Origin: Candidatus Poribacteria bacterium
GTDB taxonomy: Bacteria; Poribacteria; WGA-4E; WGA-3G
Direction: 5' to 3'
Length of the DNA: 64,000 nt
Assembly (NCBI GenBank): GCA_965215265.1
Contig: OZ244048.1
Location: forward strand, 4,384,001 to 4,448,000
The notes under the pieces were generated by a model. The model made no database searches. It saw only the letters and a list, made by a program, of their open reading frames with translations, and was not told the origin of the DNA. Within the stretch, counting starts at the first letter, position 1. Every line of letters starts with the position of its first letter. This document shows positions 1-9,983 of this stretch, in pieces. The translations under genes were made by a program, and so were the position numbers.

Positions 1-153
1 GCAGAGACACATAGTCCGATTGTTTATCCAGCTGTGGTGGTGGAGCAAAGTCCACGAAAGGGACGAGCCCAACAGTTTATTGATTATCTGAAAACTGCAC
101 ACGCTATACAAATTTTTGAAAAGCATGGGTTTACTTGTCTATTATCCGAATAA
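1..153 (+). CDS. modA: Molybdate ABC transporter substrate-binding protein, C-terminal part (runs off window start)
   Basis: Frame 1 reads AETHSPIVYPAVVVEQSP...AQQFIDYLKT...IFEKHGF*, a typical ModA C-terminus; directly upstream of modB/modC. Confidence 0.85.
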   Translation, partial: AETHSPIVYPAVVVEQSPRKGRAQQFIDYLKTAHAIQIFEKHGFTCLLSE

Positions 154-206
154 GGAGCGCGGTTGTCACTATAATCTAAGTGAAGTGCACCGGTAGTATA
201 AAAAGA

Positions 207-872
207 ATGCGGATAACCCCTGCCGAACTCACCGCTCTCGTGTTATCCATTAAGGTTGCGTTGCTGAGCCTCCTCGTGATGTTGCCACCGGGCCTCCTTA
301 TAGGATGGCTTCTGACAAAACGGACGTTCCCTGCAAAGGCTTTTCTAAATACATTTGTGATGTTACCGCAAGTGCTTCCGCCGGTGGTAAGTGGCTATCT
401 GCTACTTGTCATTTTAAGCAAGCATGGATTCATAGGCAAATTTCTTTTCCAGTTTTTTGGGCTCGAGCTTGTTTTTTCTCAATCTGCGGTTATTATCGCG
501 CTATCGTTGATATCCTTTCCACTATTGGTGCGAGGTATCCTGACTGGCATGGCATCCGTGCCGTCAGAACTTGAGAATGTGGCTCGGACGCTCGGTGCTT
601 CGCCTCTTAAAGTGTTTTTTACGGTCACGTTACCCCTCGCCTCTCGTGGCATTATCGGGGGCATCATCCTCGGCTTTTCTAAAAGCCTTGGAGAATTTGG
701 TGCAACGATTATGGTAGCAGGCAACATACCCGGTAAAACACAGACAATCGCACTTGCCATTTTCAACGCCGTGCAGCTTGGAGAGGATGCTTCTGTCTAT
801 CGATTAGTTTTGATTTCAACCGTCATCGCTTTTGTTGCAATTTGGTTGGCGGAACGTTTCACCTTCCGGTAA
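207..872 (+). CDS. modB: Molybdate ABC transporter permease
   Basis: LPQVLPPVVSGY, EAA-type loop (ENVARTLGAS), SLGEFGATIMVAGNIPGKTQT; start set at ATG 207 (ORF track 180). Confidence 0.95.
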   Translation: MRITPAELTALVLSIKVALLSLLVMLPPGLLIGWLLTKRTFPAKAFLNTFVMLPQVLPPVVSGYLLLVILSKHGFIGKFLFQFFGLELVFSQSAVIIALSLISFPLLVRGILTGMASVPSELENVARTLGASPLKVFFTVTLPLASRGIIGGIILGFSKSLGEFGATIMVAGNIPGKTQTIALAIFNAVQLGEDASVYRLVLISTVIAFVAIWLAERFTFR

Positions 873-924
873 ACAGACTAAAACTGAGAGCCGCTGTTTC
901 CCTTTCAATTGTCAAAAACAAAAC

Positions 925-2073
925 ATGTCACATCCTATCAAAATCAGGTTCAACGTTTGCAAGCATCTGGGCAGTTTCACCTTACAACTCAACTGCACGC
1001 TGACGAAAAAAGTTACTGCGTTTTTGGGCAGTTCTGGAAGTGGCAAAAGCACACTTCTTAATTGCCTCAGTGGCATTCTATCTCCGGATGAAGGAGAGAT
1101 TGTCTTTGACGATAAGGTACTTTATAGTTCTGAATTGGGTATTCACCTTCCTCCGGAGAAACGCGGATTCGGTTATATATTTCAAGACGGATACCTGTTT
1201 CCCCATCTCACGGTTGCACAGAATATCCGCTATGGTGAGAAATCTGTCAGTGCGCGTGGAAAAAGTGCTTTCCGCCAGACGGCTTCAGACTTAGATAAAG
1301 TGATCGAGATTCTCGAAATCACGACGTTGCTAGGACGTTACCCTAACCAACTTTCCGGCGGTCAACGTCAACGCGTCGCGATTGCCCGGGCCTTAGCTAT
1401 GAATCCACGGTTGCTACTGATGGATGAACCTCTCGCATCGCTTGACCACGGCTTAAAAAACCGGATTTTGCCTTACCTTCGCTACGTTAAAGAGGTTTTT
1501 GATATCCCAATTCTCTATGTGACGCACGCGATTTCAGAGGCGATTGCGATTGCGGATGAGGCGTTCCTGCTCAGCGACGGAAAGATTACAGCAAGTGGTG
1601 AACCGTATCAACTCTTGGCTGCCCCATCTGCGTTGCCGATAGCGCAGTTAGCTGGTGTCGAAAACATTCTATCTTTATCTGTTGCCTTTTCAGACAAAGC
1701 GGCTGGTGTCACGGTATTGAAGATTGGCAGTCAGCAGCTCGTCATTCCATATACCACGGATGCCCCCTTACACTTTCCGTCTGGCAGCGTGGCTATAGGC
1801 GAAAACAGCCGTTCCGTGCTGGTTGCTATTCGGGCAGAGGATATTATTATTTCACTTGAACCGAATCTGCCTATTAGCGCGCGTAATATTTTAAAAGGGA
1901 CAATTCATCAGATAAACCGTGTTGAGAACAGAACATTTTTGTCGATGCTTGTTGAGGGTTACCCGTTATCTGTGAAAATTACCCATGATGCTCACGAGCA
2001 GCTTCAATTGAGCGTGGGGATGTCTTGTTATTGTGTTATCAAGGCCAATGCTATTAATCTGCTCTGGAATTAG
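925..2073 (+). CDS. modC: Molybdate ABC transporter ATP-binding protein with C-terminal TOBE domains
   Basis: Walker A GSSGSGKS, LSGGQRQR, LLLMDEP, ISARNIL TOBE motif; start set at ATG 925 (ORF track 832). Confidence 0.93.
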   Translation: MSHPIKIRFNVCKHLGSFTLQLNCTLTKKVTAFLGSSGSGKSTLLNCLSGILSPDEGEIVFDDKVLYSSELGIHLPPEKRGFGYIFQDGYLFPHLTVAQNIRYGEKSVSARGKSAFRQTASDLDKVIEILEITTLLGRYPNQLSGGQRQRVAIARALAMNPRLLLMDEPLASLDHGLKNRILPYLRYVKEVFDIPILYVTHAISEAIAIADEAFLLSDGKITASGEPYQLLAAPSALPIAQLAGVENILSLSVAFSDKAAGVTVLKIGSQQLVIPYTTDAPLHFPSGSVAIGENSRSVLVAIRAEDIIISLEPNLPISARNILKGTIHQINRVENRTFLSMLVEGYPLSVKITHDAHEQLQLSVGMSCYCVIKANAINLLWN

Positions 2074-2187
2074 GAGATTAGGGAACTAGTGGAACATCTC
2101 TAATCAGTTGGGTGCTGTAGCCTTCACGCCCGCCGAATGCCGCCCGGCACTCGGTTCTCTTACAGTGATGTACGTTCCACCTTACGC

Positions 2188-2844
2188 TTATTGCTTGCCT
2201 TGATGAGAACGCTGAAGTTCTTGCCAAAATTTATCTACCTGCTGGTGGAGTTGCTGAAGGGTGCCGCTGTTTTCTATGATAACATCGGCATACTTCAGCT
2301 TCTCTGCTAACGGCATTTGTGCGGCAATCCGGGCGTAGACCTGATTTTCGGTAAGCGGTTTGCCTTGGGCCCGGCTGCGTTCTAGAGTGCGCTGAACCTG
2401 TTTCTCTTGTGAGGCAGTGACGACTACAATCACATCTACTGTGTCGTATGCCCCGGCTTCAATGAGAAGCGGGGCATCAAGCAGAACGATGCATTCAGGA
2501 TTTTCTGTAACAAGTTGTCGTGCATGTTCGCGTGAACGTTGAATGATCAAAGGGTGTAGCATCGCATTTAACCGTTCACGCGCGGCTTTATCATTGAAAA
2601 CAAGACTGCCGAGTTTTTTTCGGCTAACATTCCCTGATTCTTCAAGGATTTTTTCGCCAAAAGTTTCAACCAGGTCATGAATTACGGGGCTGTCTGCTTT
2701 GAGGAGTTGATGGCCGACTTCGTCAGCATTAATCGGAATCGCGCCCTTTTCTGCGAGGAGTTCGGAGACGGTTGTTTTTCCGCACGCGATACCTCCTGTA
2801 ATACCGATGAGCGTCCCCCGTCTGCCTTGTCTTTGTGTATCCAT
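2188..2844 (-). CDS. coaE: Dephospho-CoA kinase
   Basis: IGITGGIACGKTTVS P-loop, DAPLLIEAG, RIAAQMP. Confidence 0.95.
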   Translation of the reverse strand: MDTQRQGRRGTLIGITGGIACGKTTVSELLAEKGAIPINADEVGHQLLKADSPVIHDLVETFGEKILEESGNVSRKKLGSLVFNDKAARERLNAMLHPLIIQRSREHARQLVTENPECIVLLDAPLLIEAGAYDTVDVIVVVTASQEKQVQRTLERSRAQGKPLTENQVYARIAAQMPLAEKLKYADVIIENSGTLQQLHQQVDKFWQELQRSHQGKQ

Positions 2845-2880
2845 GCTTACAATGAGAAATATCTTAATCTTTTCTTGATG

Positions 2881-4938
2881 CTAAAATGCAACTGTAATTC
2901 CTAAAGTTGGAACGATTGGAAAAAGTGGTTCTTCTTCGATGAGACAATCGATAATCTTACCGGTATTTTCATCTCGGATTTCACTAAGTGCATATTGATC
3001 TACGTTTGTACGGTTGTATAGGTTTAAGATTTGAAAGTACCACGTGAGTTCCCAGCGTTTATAAGGGCTCCGCTTTGTAATCCGAAAATCGAGACTATGG
3101 TATGGCGGCAGCCGTTCGGAATGAGTTTTGCCAAATTGGCGTTCACACGCGCTGCCGCCATTAGGCAGATTTACCAGGGTGTGAATCAACGGTGTGCTCG
3201 GTTCCCCGGTATAAAACCGCCAGCTGAGATAGAGGTGCCACGTCAGGGAGAGTTGGTGACTACTGCTCACTGCGAGGGAATGCCGCCTATCATACTGTCT
3301 AAAGATGGTTTCGTTGCCTGCGATTTCTTTCGCTATGCCATAGGCGTAGCCAATGCTCCACGCCCATTGATGAGATATTGCATGTGTGACAAACATATCA
3401 ATGCCTTTTGCATTTCCAGATTCCGGTGACACGAAAACCTGGTTTTGCCGTCCGAATTCTCTAAGTCGCCCCGCGAGGTTATCAAATGTGTTGTAGTAAC
3501 CTTCCACACGCATCAAGAAATTTTGAGTCGGTGTGTATTCAGCCCCGACTACGTAATGCGTTGCTTGCTCAGCGTGCCCGACTGTTTTAACACCGTCCTC
3601 TATAGGCAGGCCCATCAGATGAATCGGTTGATGGTAGATGCCCCAGGTGCCGCGCAAAATAATATTTTCCGTTGGCTGTACGGCAAGCGCCAGCCGAGGA
3701 CCTATCTCATAACGTTGGATATTCGCCGCCCGATAATTTTGAAAAAAGTAACGCCCCCCTACCTGAATCGCTAGTTTTGAAGTCGGCTGCCATTCATCTT
3801 GCAAAAATGCTGTAACTTCACTACCAGTACCCTCAAAATTGACATGGATTGACTCATATCGGTTTATGCCGGACTGCCTTTCTTGAACGTCATAATCATA
3901 CTGTCCAGCCAACCAACGCCATGAAAGCCCGCTGCGGAAGGTATGTTTTTCAAGTGCGTTCACCGTAGCTTCCGCTTTCATGCCGACAAATCCGAATTCA
4001 CGATTGTCAAAGTTAGCTTTTCCTGTTGTTCTATCTTGCCCCGCGGTGCCCGTAAAAATAAATACATCCGTCCAATTAGATGTTCCGAAGACGTGCCGCC
4101 ACTTTGTCCAAGCCGTCGCATTATCATAGCGGGAGTCCAGGTTGTTGTCCACATCATCGACGCGAATACGGTTCTTATCCCAACCGTATAACCCGTTAAC
4201 CGTGAGTGTATCTCTTGCTGTCAATTGGTAGGTGAGTTTTCCGTAGACATCGGCGTATTGCGGTTTGTATCTTTCGTCGATATCCATAAGCCCGAGAATT
4301 AAATCGACGTATCCACGGCGTGCTGAGAGCATCCAGCCGCCTTTTTGAGATAGAGGTCCCTCGAGCAGAGCCGTGGCGTTAATGAGATCCAGACCGAAAT
4401 CTGCGGAGAATTTCTGGGCGTTTGCCGCCTTTGTGGTTATGTCAAAGACACCGGACATCTTCTCTCCATATTCTGCCGGGAATCCCCCTATTAACAGTTC
4501 GGCACGCTGGATTAATCCGAGTCCAATGAGTGAGATAGCTCCTCCGAAGTCCTGGAGGTGATAAGGATTATAGAGTTCCATACCGTCTAACCTAACGGCA
4601 ATATCGTCTTTTTCTCCGCCGCGTACACTAAATCTCGCGCTGTAGTCGCTGGCAACCACACCAGGCAAGGTGTGTGCAGAACGCATCACATCATTATCAA
4701 TGAGCGGAAAACGTTCAATCTGTTTCTTAGATAGTGAGAGTCGTGCAGATGCCCCGTCATAAATCGCAAATCGTCCTGGGGTGACAACGATTTTTTTCAA
4801 TTGAATGGGCGCTGGCTGTTCTTGCAAGGTAGGCGCTTCTGAAGTTGTACTATCTTCCGCAGCAAGAGACGTAGAAATTCCGCAAAATAGGATATACAGA
4901 ATGATATATATTGAATGCTGGAAGTAGTGCGTGAGCAT
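2881..4938 (-). CDS. TonB-dependent outer membrane receptor
   Basis: Signal peptide, plug motif (LPGV...SVRGG...DG), GGFPAEYG, beta-barrel pattern, C-terminal Phe. Confidence 0.88.
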   Translation of the reverse strand: MLTHYFQHSIYIILYILFCGISTSLAAEDSTTSEAPTLQEQPAPIQLKKIVVTPGRFAIYDGASARLSLSKKQIERFPLIDNDVMRSAHTLPGVVASDYSARFSVRGGEKDDIAVRLDGMELYNPYHLQDFGGAISLIGLGLIQRAELLIGGFPAEYGEKMSGVFDITTKAANAQKFSADFGLDLINATALLEGPLSQKGGWMLSARRGYVDLILGLMDIDERYKPQYADVYGKLTYQLTARDTLTVNGLYGWDKNRIRVDDVDNNLDSRYDNATAWTKWRHVFGTSNWTDVFIFTGTAGQDRTTGKANFDNREFGFVGMKAEATVNALEKHTFRSGLSWRWLAGQYDYDVQERQSGINRYESIHVNFEGTGSEVTAFLQDEWQPTSKLAIQVGGRYFFQNYRAANIQRYEIGPRLALAVQPTENIILRGTWGIYHQPIHLMGLPIEDGVKTVGHAEQATHYVVGAEYTPTQNFLMRVEGYYNTFDNLAGRLREFGRQNQVFVSPESGNAKGIDMFVTHAISHQWAWSIGYAYGIAKEIAGNETIFRQYDRRHSLAVSSSHQLSLTWHLYLSWRFYTGEPSTPLIHTLVNLPNGGSACERQFGKTHSERLPPYHSLDFRITKRSPYKRWELTWYFQILNLYNRTNVDQYALSEIRDENTGKIIDCLIEEEPLFPIVPTLGITVAF

Positions 4939-5429
4939 TCAGTTGTACCTCGTGAAGAAATTCATCGGAGTCAACATAAACGGGCTGGTCGAACTACTTA
5001 ATTAGTGATGCATTCAGTCTATCATTTTCGGTAGCTCAAATGGCACAACCCGCTTCAACTATCTGTCCTATAAATGTAAGTATACCTTAATTGTGGGAAA
5101 AAGTCAATTTTTTCGGAAAGACACGTTTCAGTTTCCAGTTTGCTTCGTAATATGATTGGGGACTATGGATAAAACGGAACTCGAACATCGTGAAGTTGAA
5201 CCAATTCATAAACAAGGAAAAATCAAATTACGCTTGTTCATTTGGTATTTTTTTTGAAATATGCTATCCTATCAACGTTGAAAAAGTCATTTCATTGCAA
5301 AACCCTCACGAAGATGTTATGATTTCCTTAATAATCGTAACATTGCATTTTTGCATTTAGAAAGTTAAATTGCAAAAAGTGTAAAAAATTTTCTTTGAAC
5401 TCAAACCCGGACTTCAAAGTTCTACTATT

Positions 5430-7187
5430 ATGGAAAAAATACAAGCAATGACGGTAAAAGCGACATCTGCTTTAAAACAGGGGCTGACTTTCCTATGTCA
5501 GCAACAGCGTGAAGAAGGGTACTTTGAGGGACAACTCTCCTCAAGCACGTTTCCTTCGTGTGCTTATGCCTGGGTACAATTAGCTCAAGGCAAAACGGTT
5601 GAATCTCACCTTATTGAATGGTTTATGGCAAATCAGAATCAAGGTGGCGCGTGGGGATTAGACACTGCTAATATATCAAACTCCGAGGCGACGTTGTTTG
5701 TTAAATTGATTCTGGAACAGATTCATCAACGGACTTCGGACCCACGGCTTGAAAAAGTACTGGAATCAATTCCAACGCATTCGCTATCCCTCGCCCTGAT
5801 CAAATTGACTTACGCTGCTTTTAATCAGTTTGATTGGAACGAGCTCACCGTATCAGAAAAAGCATTGCCGTTGATGAAGTTAGTAAAACAATTGGCGAAA
5901 ATTCCTATGCTTCGCAAGTGGTTAAAAACGCCCCGACATCGGTTGCCCCCGGTTGCTCTGTTCAACACGTCACTATTTGAGGAATTATTCATCGCTGAGC
6001 AGCATACCCTCGTGCCGGTTTTTATCCTGATAGAACTGAATACAACAAAACGTCCTGATATGATTGCGTCGCTTCTACAGTGGTTAAAATCACACGTTTT
6101 GAGCGATGGAAGTTGGTTCCGGGTAAATTACATTACGGCTTTATCGGTTTTAGCTCTGATTGAACTTCAAGATAAATGGCAGGTTGATGACGACATTCCG
6201 GTGATGCTGGAGAAGGCCCTCGTTTGGCTTGGCTCTACCTGCAACCGTGATGGTGGTTGCCGTGAAGCATTAAATCTGAACGTTTGGGATACTGCCTTGT
6301 CGATTATTACCCTTACAGATGTTGGTACTAGAGAAGGGACGGCCAATTCTGAAGTGCATCCGTTTTCACAATCTTTGGCAGCCGCTACTGGATGGCTCGT
6401 TGCGCATCAAAATTCCGATGGCGGATGGGCATTTTCTGGGCTATCCGACAGTTCACTCCCAAGTGATGCGGACGATACTGCCTTGGCAACCCTCGCGCTA
6501 CTGCGAGCTGCAGTATCGGACGCGGACGCGGCAATTCAACGCGGTGTGGCGTGGTTAAAATGCAATCAGGGTACTGACGGGAGTTGGAGCACATACCAAC
6601 CTGGGCAAGGCGATGTTGGGTGCGTCAGCATCACTGCTCATGCAATTGAAGCATTGCTTGCCTATGGCGAAAACGAGGACGCGATTGAACGTGGCATTCG
6701 CTGGCTCCGCCGTGAAATGCATCCTGATGGCTATTGGGACGATCTTTGGTTGGCAAAGCGGACTTACGGCACCGCTCATGCTATCACTGCTTTTGTCAAG
6801 GTCGGAATGGCGGACATACCTGAAGTCGCTCGCGGCGTAAAATGGTTAGAAGGCACGCAAAACGCAGATGGAGGTTGGGGGGAAGATATGTTCGGCAACC
6901 GAACTGCCAGTACGGTGGAGCAGACAGCGTGGAGCACCTATTCACTGTTACTCGCTATGCCTGATAACCGAGCTGCCCAAAGAGGTATTGATTTTCTCTG
7001 CGAGTGCCAACGCCAAGACGGTTCATGGGAGGAGAGCTGCGTCGGTATCTATTGGGAAATTATCGGTGGCTACGCTGATCCGATTTACGCCTCTGTTTTC
7101 CCGTTGTTGGCTTTAAATCAATACATACAAGGCACCCCTTTATTCACAAAGCAGACCGAACGGAATGTGCCTTCAGACGCATCTTAA
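5430..7187 (+). CDS. Squalene-hopene cyclase-like / prenyltransferase-repeat protein
   Basis: Multiple QW repeats (QNSDGGW, QGTDGSW, QNADGGWGE, QRQDGSW), VWDTAL, DADDTA (DxDD-type) motif. Confidence 0.85.
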   Translation: MEKIQAMTVKATSALKQGLTFLCQQQREEGYFEGQLSSSTFPSCAYAWVQLAQGKTVESHLIEWFMANQNQGGAWGLDTANISNSEATLFVKLILEQIHQRTSDPRLEKVLESIPTHSLSLALIKLTYAAFNQFDWNELTVSEKALPLMKLVKQLAKIPMLRKWLKTPRHRLPPVALFNTSLFEELFIAEQHTLVPVFILIELNTTKRPDMIASLLQWLKSHVLSDGSWFRVNYITALSVLALIELQDKWQVDDDIPVMLEKALVWLGSTCNRDGGCREALNLNVWDTALSIITLTDVGTREGTANSEVHPFSQSLAAATGWLVAHQNSDGGWAFSGLSDSSLPSDADDTALATLALLRAAVSDADAAIQRGVAWLKCNQGTDGSWSTYQPGQGDVGCVSITAHAIEALLAYGENEDAIERGIRWLRREMHPDGYWDDLWLAKRTYGTAHAITAFVKVGMADIPEVARGVKWLEGTQNADGGWGEDMFGNRTASTVEQTAWSTYSLLLAMPDNRAAQRGIDFLCECQRQDGSWEESCVGIYWEIIGGYADPIYASVFPLLALNQYIQGTPLFTKQTERNVPSDAS

Positions 7188-7192
7188 GCACC

Positions 7193-7864
7193 ATGGTTTC
7201 GGTTATTATTCCAATTTTGAACGAAGAGATGATATTGGAAAAGAACCTGTCTCAACTTCAATCTGAGTTGACCAACCAGGAACTTATCCTCGTAGATGGT
7301 GGAAGCACCGATGCTTCGGTTTACATCGCGGAGAAATATGGGAGAGTGCTTCTATCTGAACAGGGACGTGCAAAACAGTTGAATGCAGGAGCAACCGGAG
7401 CAACTGGCGACATTCTTCTTTTCTTGCACGCGGATGTTTGGCTTGAACCGGGGGCGATCACTGCAGTAGAAGCTGCGATCGCTGATGGGTACGTTGGCGG
7501 AGCGTTTCGGCAAAAGATTGACGGTCATCATTTTTTGTTTCGTGTGATTGAGAGCGCCGCTAATTTTCGTGCAAAACGGTTAAAGGTATTTTATGGTGAT
7601 GGCGGCATTTTCCTTGCACGTGACGATTTTCTGAAAATCGGAGGATTTCCGGAGATACCGATTTTGGAAGAGATGGGGTTTTCGCAGGGGCTGCGGCGTT
7701 TGGGTAAGACGGTGCTGATTGAGCCGGGCATCCATATCTCCGCAAGACGCTGGGAAGCACGCGGTATTGTCCGCACAACGTTAAACAATTGGCTGATAAC
7801 GGCTCTCTATTTTTGTGGTTTCTCACCGGAGCGACTCGCGAAACTCTATCAGCACATTCGGTAG
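7193..7864 (+). CDS. Glycosyltransferase family 2 (TIGR04283-like)
   Basis: VSVIIPILNEE, VDGGSTD, GRAKQLNAGA, LLFLHAD, SARRW. Confidence 0.9.
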   Translation: MVSVIIPILNEEMILEKNLSQLQSELTNQELILVDGGSTDASVYIAEKYGRVLLSEQGRAKQLNAGATGATGDILLFLHADVWLEPGAITAVEAAIADGYVGGAFRQKIDGHHFLFRVIESAANFRAKRLKVFYGDGGIFLARDDFLKIGGFPEIPILEEMGFSQGLRRLGKTVLIEPGIHISARRWEARGIVRTTLNNWLITALYFCGFSPERLAKLYQHIR

Positions 7865-8107
7865 CGACGTTTTTATAGGTGGATAGGAGATCTCTGCGTT
7901 TTTTTTAGGAAGAGGCTTTGGCTTATGCCCTATTTCTGCTTGATTTCGCCCCGGATCCATGACGTAGATTTCCGAATTGCCATCTCGAGAGGAATTGAAG
8001 ATTCTCTAAAGCAGGAATACAGAAACCCCTAAAATCGCTTGAAGCTACCTCTTCTCAAAGACGGCATCGATATCAGCGGTGCTTCAACCCACCACTGGTA
8101 TCTGCTG

Positions 8108-8371
8108 TTAATACTTCGGGAGTTGAGTGCTAAGGCGTTTCCGTTGCACCCAAATGTGTCGAGTGTTCAGTTGGTTAAACATCGGTAGACTCCTTTCTAA
8201 TACGGATACAACCAGATGCTCAAAATCAATCAACGCGGCGAGTTCTGCCGCAACGATTTCTAACAAGCCCCGGACGTTTTCCTTGTTTTCTAATAAGCGG
8301 CGTATGCTCCGGTCGGAAAAGTTCGAAACAGACATCTCGGACAAAAAGTCGTGGATGTCCCTCTTCTGCAT
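8108..8371 (-). pseudogene. Truncated 5' duplicate of the Rpn/YhgA-like nuclease gene
   Basis: First ~54 codons plus upstream region (8210-8424) nearly identical to 9467-9681, then similarity is lost. Confidence 0.85.
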
Positions 8372-8491
8372 ATTAGACTCCTAAAACGTGTCAGCTGGCA
8401 AGTGCTTTCCTTCTCAAAACGCCTAGGGTTCCTACCTGACACCCCGACAAGAGCAGCCCGGTGCCGGCCATGGCGCTCGGCACGTGCGTTT

Positions 8492-9628
8492 CTATAGTTC
8501 TAATGCCTGTAGGAATGCTTGAAAACTGTCGGTTTTGACGGCTGTCAGCAGCAGCAGCTCGAGGTATTCGAGGTCAGAAAGCGTTTCGAGTTGCTGCGTG
8601 GCAGTGTGTATGTCACAATGAGGGAATCGCGCATTGAGGACGGCGGTTATATTTTTGATAGCATTCTGGCACGCCCCTCGCTCAATCCCTTCTTCTCGCC
8701 CTTCTTCTCGCCCTTCTTCTCGCCCTTCTTCTCGCCCTTCTTCTATGCCTCGTTCTATGCCTTGTGCCAAGCCTCGTTCGAAGAGGAATTCGGCCATTGT
8801 CTCTGCCATCGGTGCTACCTCCATATCACTCGTATGCCGGTCTACCAGTTCTATCAACTCTTCTTGCTCTTCCTTTGAACGCCGATGCACAATCAGCGAT
8901 ACCAGATACATTATCGCTTCCCGCCGCTGCCCAGAATCCGCCGCATCAAGCGCCGCCAACTGCGTCAAAGTCTCCACTAAGGCGCGGCTTATAGACGCTT
9001 TGTCTGAATCTCCTTGTTGCAGCACTCTCATCAGCCACCCGAACGGATGCGCCGCCTCTGTCAGCGTCGCCTTGTCTGTGCGGTTCAGATTCAGAAACAG
9101 GATGTCAAATCTCGGAACGAATCTAGAGAGCGCCGCGGGCAGATTCATCATCGCCTCAAGTGTCAGTGGCTTTTCCCACCGCCGCTCCCCTGTGTAAAAC
9201 ACCACGGGCAGAATCGGCGGCAATACACGCTCTCTTCTCGGCACCTTCTCGGCCGCCCACCGCCGCCGCTCTGCGTCCCAAATCAGCATCATGTAGAAAA
9301 GCACACGAAACCCCATCGTCTCATCTACCGTCGATTGATGTTCAATCAGCAGATAGATGAGCAGCTCTGCCGCACCCTCATCCGTATCACTTTTGAAGGG
9401 CACCCGATACACAATGTCTGCCTCTTGTTCTCGGAGAGTGGCGGGCAGCAGACTCCTATTCATTGGAACCAGATGCTCAAAGTCAATCAACGCGGCGAGT
9501 TCTGCCGCAACGATTTCTAACAAGCCCCGGACGTTTTCCCTGTTTTCTAATAAGCGGCGTATGCTCCGATCCGAAAAGTTCGAAACAGACATCTCGGACA
9601 AAAAGTCGTGGATGTCCCCCTTCTGCAT
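8492..9628 (-). CDS. Rpn family recombination-promoting nuclease / YhgA-like PD-(D/E)XK protein
   Basis: EADIVY, LLIEHQS, ILPVVFYTGE motifs; C-terminal (EEGR)n repeats. Confidence 0.92.
   Translation of the reverse strand: MQKGDIHDFLSEMSVSNFSDRSIRRLLENRENVRGLLEIVAAELAALIDFEHLVPMNRSLLPATLREQEADIVYRVPFKSDTDEGAAELLIYLLIEHQSTVDETMGFRVLFYMMLIWDAERRRWAAEKVPRRERVLPPILPVVFYTGERRWEKPLTLEAMMNLPAALSRFVPRFDILFLNLNRTDKATLTEAAHPFGWLMRVLQQGDSDKASISRALVETLTQLAALDAADSGQRREAIMYLVSLIVHRRSKEEQEELIELVDRHTSDMEVAPMAETMAEFLFERGLAQGIERGIEEGREEGREEGREEGREEGIERGACQNAIKNITAVLNARFPHCDIHTATQQLETLSDLEYLELLLLTAVKTDSFQAFLQALEL
8690..8743 (-). repeat. 12-bp coding tandem repeat (about 4 units) encoding EEGR
   Basis: cttcttctcgcc repeated on the + strand. 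Confidence 0.85.
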
Positions 9629-9692
9629 ATTATACTCCTAAAACGTATCAGTTGTCAAGTGCTTTTCGTCTCAAAACTCCTACTTTTTATTT

Positions 9693-9721
9693 ATGATAAC
9701 ACATCTGGGAATCATTGTCAA
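9693..9721 (-). promoter_or_regulatory. Sigma70-type promoter upstream of rpn
   Basis: Minus strand TTGACA-17 nt-TATCAT; near-identical copies at 57149-57177 and about 60505-60533. Confidence 0.7.
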
Positions 9722-9745
9722 GCAGAGAGAAATCGGTATCACCTG

Positions 9746-9799
9746 AAAAAAAAGAGGTGTGATAGCATTCGGCACACGGCCTACTCACTATCACACCTC
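9746..9799 (-). terminator. Intrinsic terminator-like hairpin
   Basis: 12-bp stem GAGGTGTGATAG/CTATCACACCTC followed by T8 on the minus strand; stem-loop repeated at 57211-57256. Confidence 0.6.
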
Positions 9800-9866
9800 A
9801 GGTTTTATCTTTCGCTGCTCATAAGCCGAGCTGCACGCAGCTCGGAAGAGGTAAAGGCGTAAAGAT

Positions 9867-9917
9867 TTAAGGCGTGACAGCCCTCGCACACCGGAACCCG
9901 AAGCTGCCGAACGCGAA
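9867..9917 (-). pseudogene. Orphan 3' end of an FGE-sulfatase (SUMF1) gene
   Basis: Reads FAFGSFGFRCARAVTP*, matching the C-terminus and 3' flank of the gene ending at 57382. Confidence 0.8.
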
Positions 9918-9983
9918 CTATTTACCACAATGTCCGCTATAAATATTCTTAATCCTGATAATTTAGACGCTCATAAACACTTT

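Noticed and set aside
8519-9696. Plus-strand ORFs over the rpn gene
   Set aside because: Antisense shadows of a GC-rich, repeat-containing CDS.
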